A stretch of 63,992 nt of DNA, filler included, from Basidiobolus ranarum (Eukaryota), in the NCBI GenBank assembly GCA_040143965.1. It is 8 parts of 8 records of this genome, joined end to end, with 100 filler letters (N's around TTAATTAATTAA, not from the genome) between each part and the next. Parts side by side here need not be neighbours in the genome. Positions count along the whole stretch, not along the records: positions 48,439 to 56,392 come from JASJQH010007917.1; positions 56,493 to 63,992 come from JASJQH010007986.1; 6 more parts are not named here. One strand, written 5' to 3'. Shown here piece by piece: positions 53,190 to 63,992 of this stretch (the first letter of the stretch is position 1; the number at the start of each line of letters is the position of its first letter). The position numbers were made by a program, and so were the translations under genes. Under the pieces are notes generated by a model, which worked only from the letters and a program-made list of their open reading frames with translations, did not search any database and was not told the DNA's origin.

Positions 53190-53586
53190 TGTAAAGTGTA
53201 GCACTTGCAAGAATCAGCACGATGAGAGATAGAAGTTGAGCTACAATCAGTATTTATGTCAGAAATATTTCCGCTTAGCAATTGTCTAGACAGGGGGGCA
53301 AATATCAACACTAAAAGAAGTAATTTTTGGTTTCTTACTTATTTTAGATTGAACCTCACTTACTCCTCGTCTATCTGAATAGTTTAGGAAATACGCTCAC
53401 ATCTCGTTCTTGATCTAGCCATATTCCAAGAGGATACTCCCCAATGGTCCTCTGTTTTAGGTTAGCTGTTCTACTATTTCAAGAATATTCGATCATAAAC
53501 AGCTCTCCGAGGATATGGATAATAATTCGTTAAAATTTGGATAATTATTCCAATATTGATTGTATTCTCCATTCCACATTAACTCA

Positions 53587-53595
53587 ATCAGATAA
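53587..53595. promoter_or_regulatory. Candidate iron-GATA repressor site ATCAGATAA
   Basis: Exact match to the ATCWGATAA consensus of SreA/Fep1-type factors, about 400 nt upstream of the FET4 ATG. Confidence 0.5.
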
Positions 53596-54872
53596 AACAT
53601 CTTACTGAATGTCAAATGAGAGGCTGAAAAGTATCAGGCCTAGAATCAAATCAATAGTCACTTCTCGTAGTATTACCCGGATTTGCCTTTTTTCTCAAAT
53701 TGAAACTTTACTCTTTTGACTGCTTCAAATGTTCGCTCACGACTTACCTACTTAAGGGTGGATCCGCAAGTAATCAGTTGACCACTTATGCGCAGAAACC
53801 AATGGGTAACCAACGCAAAAGCTGAGTGCAAACAAATACCCTGCTACTGATGAAAGAACTACCAATGTCCAAGCATTCCTCAACAGATGCCATACTAAGT
53901 CATTCTACCTATGATAAGGCGAAAGAAAAAGGAAATGATATGTTGGACAAGGTTTTTCGATGATAAAAAAAAAGAACTCCTCATCAATCAAACTGAATCA
54001 GGAAATGTAGTTATCTCACATGGCTATAGGACTGCTAATACCTTTTGATCAGTAAAAAGATCGTTATTCGAGTTGCTACGTCCAGGACACTGATATACCA
54101 TATATATTTAGATGTTCATCGTGATTCCAATGTGGGTTTTCTGGTGCTTGTAGGGTATTTGTAGGGCATGTTCGGGGTAAAATGACCGCAACAGTTACCT
54201 TCAATGACGTTATTCAGATAAACCGAAGCCACCTGTAATCTATGGAACGTCAACTCGGAATCATTTTTGAACCTTTGTCTAATCCTACGTGATACATGAC
54301 ATATTTGTACCTCTTTCTAATTTATACTGATACATTATAGGTTAAGAGATCTCCTCATAGATATGATTCCTCTCCCATTTCACATCCCATCCCATCCCAT
54401 TTCACATCTCTTGGAATTCTAAGGGTTAGGGTTCCTCAACGTAGCGCTTAGACTAGTCGGCCATCTCCCCATTTTATCATTGTTACGGTTGAGTTCCTGA
54501 GGTGAGAGAAAATCCCAAATCGAGTTATTGGCTGATTTTATTTCGATTTATGTTATTTTATAGGGTAAGAGGTGGGAGAAGTCGAGTGACATTCCTGCCT
54601 AATTTGGCAGTGTTCGATTTTCGAAACTTGTTAGTAAAAAGAAGGGTCGTTTCTGATGTGTCGTAGCTTTGGCTCCGAATGTTTGATTTCTCCAAAATTT
54701 ATAACTTAACTAGATAATTAGTGCTTCTAGATTGGTCTCTCTTGATAGAAACATCCCCATTTTTAGTATCTACTTGTTCATTGTCGATGCTATTGGTTTT
54801 ACTTGGAAAATCTACCCGTTAATTTCCAACTCACTTTTCCACAATATAAACCGAAGTATTTATGTCGAGAAG

Positions 54873-55394
54873 ATGATCATTTACTTGATAAGCATCTCTC
54901 TCTCTACGAAACCCGCCTAGCACAAACCAAGAATGAAGCACGTGGATTTGGTGATATGCGATTTGAATGGCAGTGTGTCACCCGGCATGATAACCGGTAA
55001 TAAAGAATGCAACGATGTCATGAATAATTCTGCCCCTGATCAATGCTTCCACTACTCCTGTTTCAAACAAACCGAAATAGCACAGACTCTCGAAACGATG
55101 GCTTACAACAACAACCAAGCTAGGCCTAAAAACCTGAAAATTTGCGCCTATAAAGAGTGTTTCAAATCTTCCATGCTTTCTTCCGGTGAAATGGATGCGA
55201 CAAACTCTACCGAAAAATATTGTGTTCGCTATGAGAACTTCAATAAACCGGTGATTGTAACGTCCCTGAAGGATTTGTAAACTTGTAGTGACAGAGTCAG
55301 TGCAAATGCTGCTGCCTCTATTCAGCATAGCGGAATATTATTGTTAGCTCTGATATGTCTGTTCCTCATGTCCAAAATCCATCTCCTTGATTGA
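54873..55394 (+). pseudogene. Cys-rich, GPI-anchor-like surface protein interrupted by two in-frame stops
   Basis: A single frame reads MIIYLISISLSTKPA*HKPRMKH...SLKDL*TCSDRVSANAAASIQHSGILLLALICLFLMSKIHLLD*. Stops at 54918 (TAG) and 55278 (TAA). Confidence 0.55.
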
Positions 55395-55721
55395 CAGGTC
55401 ATTTCTAATTAATAATTTTGTATACATATAGACTAAACTCTCAAATAAAATAAAAGGTGCGAAGCCGGAAAGATCGGTCTTCTCCAATTGTTCAAAAACA
55501 GTATAATATTGTTCATTTCAGGATATTGAAAATTGTTTGTTTGGCAATGATCCATATGTTGGATTGACTGCGAAGAAAGATCTCGATTTACATGGAAGTA
55601 TAGTATATTCTATTATGTATATGAATTATTCCAGGTAGTTTATTGAACTACATATCAAAGTTCTTTCTTTGCTACAAAAAGAGAAGAGAAAGCACAACAA
55701 AAGTTGCTATGAGTGATTCCA

Positions 55722-56063
55722 TGTTGTAGTATTTTGGGAGTTTGTTAGAAGTGGTTTGGACAAGTGGAAGATTGGTGATATTTATTGATTTATTGAGTTG
55801 AAAGTTGCCATTTATAGTTTTATCAAGATGTGAACAAGTAAATGTGTCAAACATATGAAGGAAGGCCCCAGCAACATATGTGCAAAGCTTGGGCTTCTAT
55901 CACAAGTTTGAAAAATATACATATCTGAGAATTTCCCAGTTTTGAAAATATTCCAAGTGAGATCCTATTGCAAATCAGGAGCAATATCCTAGTAAAATGT
56001 GGTTTGATCAAATACTAAGCTATATATGACTATCCAGATGCTTAAGCTATATGAACTTCAACA
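55722..56063 (-). mobile_element. Copia LTR copy
   Basis: TGTTG...CAACA termini, homologous to the other LTRs. Followed on the minus strand by TGGAATCA, a weak match to the iMet PBS TGGTATCA. Confidence 0.78.
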
Positions 56064-56392
56064 CTCTTCCTAATCCAAATAGTCATATCAACTAGTCTTC
56101 AGGATGCTCTCAATTTCTCCAATACAGCATATCAAATGGTTTAATTAATATTGTTAAAGAATTCAGAGAGCCAGTTCAGAGTGGTTTAAAGACCTAGAGA
56201 AATTGATGATTAATTAGAAAGTTGACATTTTAGTTTCATCAAAACCTATGCAAACTAATATATGGAATATTGGGAAAATAAGGGCTGTTTGGAGGAACTT
56301 TAGAAATGTGGAGTTGTGAATAGCTTTGTGAGATAATTATTTATTGTCCAGAAATAAAGCATTTATACTTTTTGGTGGAAATACAGAAAACT

Positions 56393-56492
56393 NNNNNNNN
56401 NNNNNNNNNNNNNNNNNNNNNNNNNNNNNNNNNNNNTTAATTAATTAANNNNNNNNNNNNNNNNNNNNNNNNNNNNNNNNNNNNNNNNNNNN
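56393..56492. other. Artificial contig spacer
   Basis: N44-TTAATTAATTAA-N44. Confidence 0.98.
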
Positions 56493-59400
56493 GTAAAGCC
56501 AACAGTCAGGTCAAGTCATTCTGAAAGTGTCAAGCCTACCTTCAGCTCGAGAAAATCTGAAAGTTCGGCAGCTATCTCAACAGTCAGCTCATTCAACGCG
56601 TGGGCTGAGCTATATATTTGACTTGTGGGCATTTTGGCTACGTAGGATCAGTAAGTAATTTACTCGCTGTCATTCTAGATAAGACCACTCGGTTTATATT
56701 TGGATACTTCTCTAGGCAGAAATGAGCACGGGGAATTGGGAGAGTCGATTGTTAAAACTATGATTGATACGATCCCATTATGTGATGATCCAGAGATGAA
56801 TTCTATTCTACTATCGACTGCTACGGCCATGTCAGTCTCTTTGGGTAAGAGAACTTCTTTTTGTGAATGTTGCTCTTTCTGGCGTATAACATACTGATCA
56901 TCAACACAGTCAAATTCTCGGATGATTTTGATGAGCTAACAGGAGATGGACTGATGCAATGCATTGAGCAAGCCAAAGTAACCATCAGGTAAGCTAACTA
57001 ACCTAGCTTCAGGGAATGTATGGAAACCGACACTCACCAGCTCAAACTTAGTGCCGACCAAAGTGATCCTTTGTTTGCAAGTCTCGCCCAATATCTAAAG
57101 ACTGCACAGTCCAAAAAGAGAATGTTTGATATTTCCACAGAGTTTCTCTCTCTTGCAAAAACCCTTGCTATTATGTCGAATGAACGTCTCGAGTACTTCA
57201 TCAAGATTTTCCGACTTTATCAATTCGTTTCCACCTCACGGATAAAGCCTTACCAAAAGAACAGTGCTACCAAAGCAAAGTCTGCCTTTCACTCAGGTGT
57301 GCCAGAAGAGTCTAGTAAAATCCAGATTTTACTTGATAGTTCACGTCTAGCTATGGAGTCGGATGAAAACACAAGTAAATCTATACGCACCCGTTTTTCT
57401 TCTTGCCTGTATTGACCAACTATTTGATTTCTTTTCCTAGTGAAACGTATAGGATTTATGGCACTGACTGGTCTAGTGTAAGTGTATTCATAGTATCGAT
57501 ATCAATGAGCAATCTACTCACATGGTTTCATCTGATTCAGCAAAGGCTACCAATTGTCACCATCCAATTTGAGTCTGAGCAAGGAGATCGACTATGAACT
57601 TATGCGGAGTCTAAAGCAAATGACACCTGAAGATCCCATCTTTTGTGATGGTAAACTTGCCTCTTCTATTATTATACCGCGCATTCAGTTCATTGTTTAG
57701 TAACACTTCTATGCTATAGTGGAGGATCAAGATCTGATTAGTTTTGTATCTGGTCAATGTTTGTCTAAAAGACTACCAACCGAGAGAGATAACTTGAACA
57801 CCAAAGTAAGAATGATGTATGTATTTGAGCTTTTCAGAGTGTATTCCAACATGTGGTTGTCAACTATGTAGAGCTTGGTACAAGTCCTTGTGAATACACT
57901 GTTCTACGGCGATAATGCTCTAGGCTTCTCTTATCTGGACTCCCTTATATATGCTCCACCTGCCAAGAATGAAGTAAGTTTTCATGGACACCATTACTTG
58001 GCATCATGAAGCAGATTATAACCCTCAATTTCCCGTAGAGTTACCTGAGAACTGTTGCTCTACTGCAGAAAAGAACCAAGCATCCGATTTATGCCGAAGT
58101 CGGTCGTATCTCTGTTGTATTAGCTAATTTGTTATGCCAAACAGATAAACCAACCATCCAAGAATCCATCGACAAGTCAGTTTTACTTTTTTGTCCAATA
58201 GTGGATCGCTTATACTCATGAATTACCTTAGGATTCGCTCATTTGCCATCAACTTGTACACTGAGATGGATCGCTGTTCCGTTGACTTTTTGGTATACGA
58301 AAACAGTAAGTAGTTCATGAAGATTGGTTGCAGTATGTTGGTGCTAATTGAAACTCAGATCAGTTCAAGGAGTTGGAACCACCTCTAGGTGATATGTTCA
58401 AGAACACTATATTTTCGGTTACTCTGATCTACAAAACGCTTCTAGAGAGGATCATCAATGATGACAGACCCATCTGTAAGTTAACTGAAAGAGTAATCAA
58501 AGTGATGTTCTCGCTAACCCAAGCACCTTTGCGCAGCATTCGCCATCTGTGGAGATATGGTCGAGTCTCTGTCAAGTCTTCATTATATGGTCGTGCGTCT
58601 TGGAGGACGAGGATTCGCATCATATGAGACTGTTACCAAGAACTTGATGGAGAAGTTGAGAAGTGATAAGGACATAGCCAATAGGGTGGTGAAAAACATC
58701 GTGCCTATTCGATACTATGATGAGGGTAATTTATATTTTCAACATTGTTATTTGAATTAGATGCCCGCGGAGATGCTCATGTTTTCCTTTGATGTTCTTT
58801 AAGTGGAGAGGAATCCTCTTAGAAGATCGAGACTGTTGTTCTACTTTAACCTTGTTGACATAACCATGGATGTCCTGGATGATAATTTAGTCAAGCAGGA
58901 TATTTTACCTTCAATCTATCCGTATCCTTTTGTCTTATACCAGGCCTCTGATCTAGCATGAAACATACGATCCCTAACTCTAACTCCCTCTATAGATATC
59001 TCAACACTAACCAATACCAAGACATGTTTGAAGCATCGCATTCCATTGTGTTGAGTATTTTCGAAAACAAAAAGCAAGTAGCCGGAGAACTCAGTGCCTA
59101 TTACTCCTCCTTAATACTGACAGTAACTTGACTTTGTTAACTTCACCGCATCGTAAAGACCCTAACTCCATCCGTTATCTAGCAATACCCCAAATACCTA
59201 AACATCGAGCAATTAAGAGAAGCCTATACAGTTATGATGTTGGGACTTTCTCAGTCCGATGACGCGATTGCATGGTCTTGTTTGACCAAGTTAATCCAGG
59301 AAATCGAAGGGTTCTCGGAACCTTGTACACCAAACCAAACGGAGCCTTCCAAGGACGACCCAAATCCGGAACAAAGTGCAGCTCTCTATCTTGCCAGAGG

Positions 59401-59638
59401 GCATTTATTGTTGACACTTTTCGATCAAATCAAATCAGTCAACCTAGTTCTATTGGAATCTTTACTGAAGACCATCAAACACTTGCTACTAACTGAGCCC
59501 AAATCAGCTGGAAGAGATGCCATCTGCAAAGCATTATACGACAACGTAAGCAACGGTCTAGATTACACCAAAAAAGAGTCGACCATCAAATGGTATTTAA
59601 ATTTGATGAAGGATCTTGGAGAAAATATACGCCCTTGA
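56493..59638 (+). CDS. Multi-exon alpha-helical protein, PEX8-like (Yarrowia 'Pex17'-type), 5' partial
   Basis: More than 10 short introns. C-terminal motifs RLLFYFNL, MFEASHSIVLSIF, YPKYLNIEQLREAY, LLTLFDQI and LDYTKKESTIKWYL resemble, from recall, filamentous-fungal Pex8 proteins. Confidence 0.55.
58922..58995 (+). other. U12-type GT-AG intron (74 nt)
   Basis: 5' splice site GTATCCTTT, branch-like TCCCTAAC at 58971, terminal TAG. Splicing gives SIYP-YLNTNQYQDMFEASH in frame. Confidence 0.8.
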
Positions 59639-62600
59639 ACGTTTCTTATAGTTGGACTCACTTTTGCCTCGCCAAATGGATGCCATCCCTTAACTTAATC
59701 TTGGCCAGAAATTTCTCCACACAATTGTAAATCTACACTCTTATCATGAATTCGCCGTTTTCATCATATAAATCAAATCCCTTTTACAACGTAATTAAGG
59801 AAATAAACCACCATATTCAACTGATGTGATTACTTAGGAAAACACCTTTCCCGCCTGGTATTAGTTATTACATACAGTGAACCCTACCCTTTCTTTCACA
59901 AGGTTCAGTAAATGCAAGTAAAAAGAAAGATAATGTCCGTGATGGGGCTGAGTAATTTCTATGGAGAAAGGGATATTCAAAAAAAGTCACAGATGCCAAT
60001 CTTCACAAACAGTTCCTCGTCACTCCACGTAGAATCAGTAAGAAACTAATAAATAGCAGAGAATTCCCATTCATATCGGCTTAAGATCAATGTCAAAGTA
60101 TGAACAAGTTGGGAGTCTTGAGATGGTACTTGATATGCTAGCACCAAGAATTAGTGTTGTGTTAGGTATTATGCAAAGGATAATTGGATTTCCTAATAAC
60201 AAGGTATCATGACGCTTTCATCATCAGAGACATAGGCTTCGAATGCGCCTTTGCCACATGTACAGCACCCAGCGAAGCACAAGCACATTCGAAACCTAAT
60301 CAAAAGTCTAACTTGTTTACCAGCCGAAGTGTTTAACCAATACTACAAGATTAGGAGATTGGCCGTTTTTGATGAAATAAAAACAGAATCTTGGGAATTT
60401 GCCGAATTAGCGTTTAATACTACATACAAGCTATTGTTATTTGGACTTGGTTTTAGTTTGGTTCCGTAAATGTGGATAATATCTATTCACGTTACTTCTT
60501 CGTATTCCTTCTACTTTTATCGGTAACTCTTCTAACCCCTCACCCATAGGTGATTTCGAAACTAATGGAATTACTTTATTGCTACCTCTTGTACGATTGA
60601 TACAGTAGAAAGTGACGTAGGTTCTAAGAATAACTACGAATTTGGTAGGTGTATCATAATATCCCTACCGTACACAATGAAAGAGATTTGCCTTTCTCAA
60701 TTTCAGGCGTTACATTTTAGTATTGCAAAAAATAGAAATTCCCAGGTATATCATACACTTTTGTAAGGGAAGAAATCACCACATTCACCATAGTTACCAA
60801 TTACAGACCTAGAAAATCCGCCATAAAATTCCTTCCAAGTAACCAAGTTGAGAGTTCCTAAATCTCGGAATACTGGTTGGATTGAAAACAAAGGATAACT
60901 ATGGATCACCAACAGGTATTATGAATCCAACTAGAAAAACGCCCATACTTGCATATCTTACACTCAATAGAATGCATCTTGTGATATGGGGGATCATCGA
61001 TCCTTGGAATCAACCGCTCACCATTGGTACCAGTGCCCTCTATTCGAAAGTTTGTCCCCAAGTTATCATTTGAACACAGAAGAACACTTTCTTTCTTGTA
61101 CCAAGACTGACAATTACTTGACCTTCAATGGGCAGTCACTAGCAGAGTATTACATGGATCGACCATGCATCTGCCGGATTCAGTCCTCTGATATGGTAAA
61201 CGTCCATAAGTGTGTCTCCTGAGGATGAACAAGGATTGGCCCAGTCATGGAAAGCGCTGAATCCACGATACCTTTTATATTGATGGAGCATATGATTGTG
61301 GGGGCGGGGAGCTTTTAGAAGATAGTGACGGTAAATGCTGGTGATTGTAGGTCAAAGTGTGATTTCATTTGCATGAAATTTTACGTATTCAACAAAATGT
61401 TCCCTATTAGCATGCTGATTTGTTTATTCAACTGATAGTGGCAATAAGTGACATGTAACATACCATTCCATTCAGATGGTTTGCCAAGATCTGGAGAAAT
61501 AGGAATGAGAAGTCAATGGCCCTTCCATTCAAAATAGGGTCTTTTACCCGACTAAATCCAGTGCTGATAGATAAGCATAAAGTGACTATGTAGTTACTAA
61601 ATCGAAGGAATCCATATCGGCTATACCTCCACTGCTACAACCGGATTGCTTACATTGAGGATGAAAGTCATAAAATGATGGCTATCTGAGCGATAATGCA
61701 TAAAAGACTGATTTCATTGAGGATATTCAAAGGGGAGGTGCATCTATCAGCTCCAGAAGGATGGGGTGATAATAGTCCCGCACTTGAATGACATCATGCA
61801 ATGGATGGAACTCCCCATCGGAAATAAGGATTGGTTCTATGCACGGAGATTTCTCGGCTCGAACTTGCAAAATGGCTTACTATCGTATATGCAAAGTCCA
61901 TCCTGTAGTTACATGTTTTGAGTGATGATGTAGCAAAATCTTGAAAGTTCACTGGGATTTTTACTAAAACCTGCTACGATGAGGATAAGTGTAGAGAAGG
62001 TAGAGAGCAATCGGGGGAAAGTATTGTAGTAACACCAATCTATGCAGTACTTCTTTGAAAGGTAAAACTTTTCATTGCATGGTTTCACCTCTGTCTATAC
62101 TAAGATATGACGACACGTTGAAAAGCCGCCTGTTTGGTGAATTCAAAGTAGGCTAAAGGTATCAAAAATCAAACTGTAACCATCTTTATTGTAGAGCATT
62201 TTTCTTATATCTTGGCAAAGCCAAGACTGTCCGTACATAAATGAGATTCGCAATCTAGTTTTGAACTTTTAGCTGGAGGATCTTTAACTAGAATTCGTGA
62301 AGCATGTAGAGACAACCTCTTTAGAAAGTGTACGATAGTCCTGGGTGTATAGAACCAAATCCACTTAAAAGTGATCCTCATACTCTTCGTTGCCAAGTAT
62401 AGAACCCTCTAACGACTTCTTTATTCTGCGCTTTGTGCTGACACGAGTAAACAGAAACTAACGTAAAAACCTGCTTTAATAACTATCTGCGACAAGCACC
62501 TCCAAGTCAAGCACCGGATATTCTAGTTAGTTGACCTGGCTCTTCATTGAGCTCAGAGAAAGGACATGCCAAGATTGTCGTCATTGACAAAATTGTCACC

Positions 62601-63992
62601 CATTCCGAGAATTGTTTGAGAAATCTCAGGTTGAAAGGATTCAAGTGCAGATACCATTTATCAAGCATGAAATGCCCTCTTACCAAATACGCTTGACCAC
62701 AATTTGAGTGTAACCAGTTTGTGAGCAATACAAGTCTAGTAGCCTTTTTGGTTTCGATATGCAAGCAACATTTCTTTTATTTCAACGCTCGCATTCCACC
62801 TGTAGGGAAATCTATCCTTCAGAGCATTTGTGTAGCCCATTTACCATAGATAAACCTTTTTACGTAGCCAATGATATGGATTGGGAGATTTTTTCCGTAG
62901 GACTCTAATGAGGCCTTACTAATATCATATTCTTGTTATGTATGCTCTAAGTCGTAGCGATGGTATTACAACGCCCTCTAAGTCATCTAGAAACGGATAT
63001 TGATGACAACAGCAAAACTCTGGACAAGCCCCACATTTCCGCTTTTATACGTACATCTAAACAATCGATGGAAGGGCTGATTTCATCCATTTGTGGTTGG
63101 CTGCAAAACTAGGCCACTTATGCCAAGCCTCATAGAGTAGGTGGCTTTGGCACACAAACTTGTTACATACAACAAGCTCATCCACCTGTCACGTGAGTGT
63201 TGAGGATTTCCCTCGTCAATTTGGGAGCGTTGAACCTAAAAAGAAGTTACATGCCTCCAATAGCTCCATAGGTATGATGCAGAATATTAACCAGAGCAAA
63301 TCGGTTTGACGTGCAAACATGTTGTCCTCTTGTATGAATGCTATTGAGGTGCATGGAAAGAGTTTCGGATTGTTTGATTATCACTCAGATGCATGGCATG
63401 AGCAAGTGATCTTCTAGGAATGCCAAGGCACTCATTGGTGCGATGCGAGAGTCGTCAACATGTTGCATCAGAGATCAAGGCCAGGTATCTTGTCTAACTT
63501 CCAGTCACTAGCTGGATTCTGATTCCAGAGAGATCCATCCTGGGTATGCACACTGCTGATGAGCGGGATCCCTTTGTTAGTGATCAACTATGTTCAAGCT
63601 AAATATGTTATGGCGTGGGTTGATAGCACAAGCCCACGGTAGGCCATTGCCTAAAACACACATCATTAATAATTTCAACGGCAGAAGCGGTTGGGAACGA
63701 TTACCTGACGTGACTAATAGTTCACTTGTTTTGGCTTGAGTTGATATCACATGTATAATGTAACGCCAATTCTATTGCAATCAACCCTTTTGTTGCCATG
63801 GCGTTTAGTAGTCGGTGAAATGGCCAAACCAGAGCCAAGCCTGATACTACGCTCCCATTATGTCACACTCACTCCACATTTGTCCAAATCAAATCACTCG
63901 AGGCGTACGAGGAGTTAAAATCGACCATATGGGAACTGGCGGATATCCTAGACAATCCTCCCTCGCCCTCGCAAATCTTGGTAGGCTTCGAT

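Noticed and set aside
54419-54434. TAAGGGTTAGGG as a telomeric repeat
   Set aside because: Only about two units, internal, and expected by chance.

Overview
This window is not one locus. It is eight unrelated draft contigs of about 7.5-8.0 kb, apparently sorted by length and joined by an artificial 100-nt spacer (N44-TTAATTAATTAA-N44). The DNA is eukaryotic, AT-rich and has short introns. It looks like an early-diverging fungus (Zoopagomycota/Mucoromycota-like); this taxonomic call is inference. Recognisable genes are a PH-domain protein, DCP2, a 6-phosphofructo-2-kinase/FBPase-2, an ABHD11-like hydrolase, NOC4, RPC1, a YTA7/ATAD2-like ATPase, an LRR fragment, a CsbD-like protein, a GH8 hydrolase, a NiCoT fragment, FET4 and a PEX8-like gene. 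Between them lie CpG-depleted Ty3/gypsy, Ty1/copia and LINE relics and an unclassified repeat. The main highlight is an intronless nitric oxide synthase (oxygenase plus flavodoxin/FAD reductase) with a metazoan-type CX4C zinc motif, a bacterial-type Ile, no obvious calmodulin helix and a single in-frame TGA. Other notable items are two U12 minor-spliceosome introns (one AT-AC), a bacterial-like GH8b enzyme, a SreA/Fep1-type site upstream of FET4 and an inverted pair of solo LTRs. All calls come from reading motifs by eye; no searches were run.
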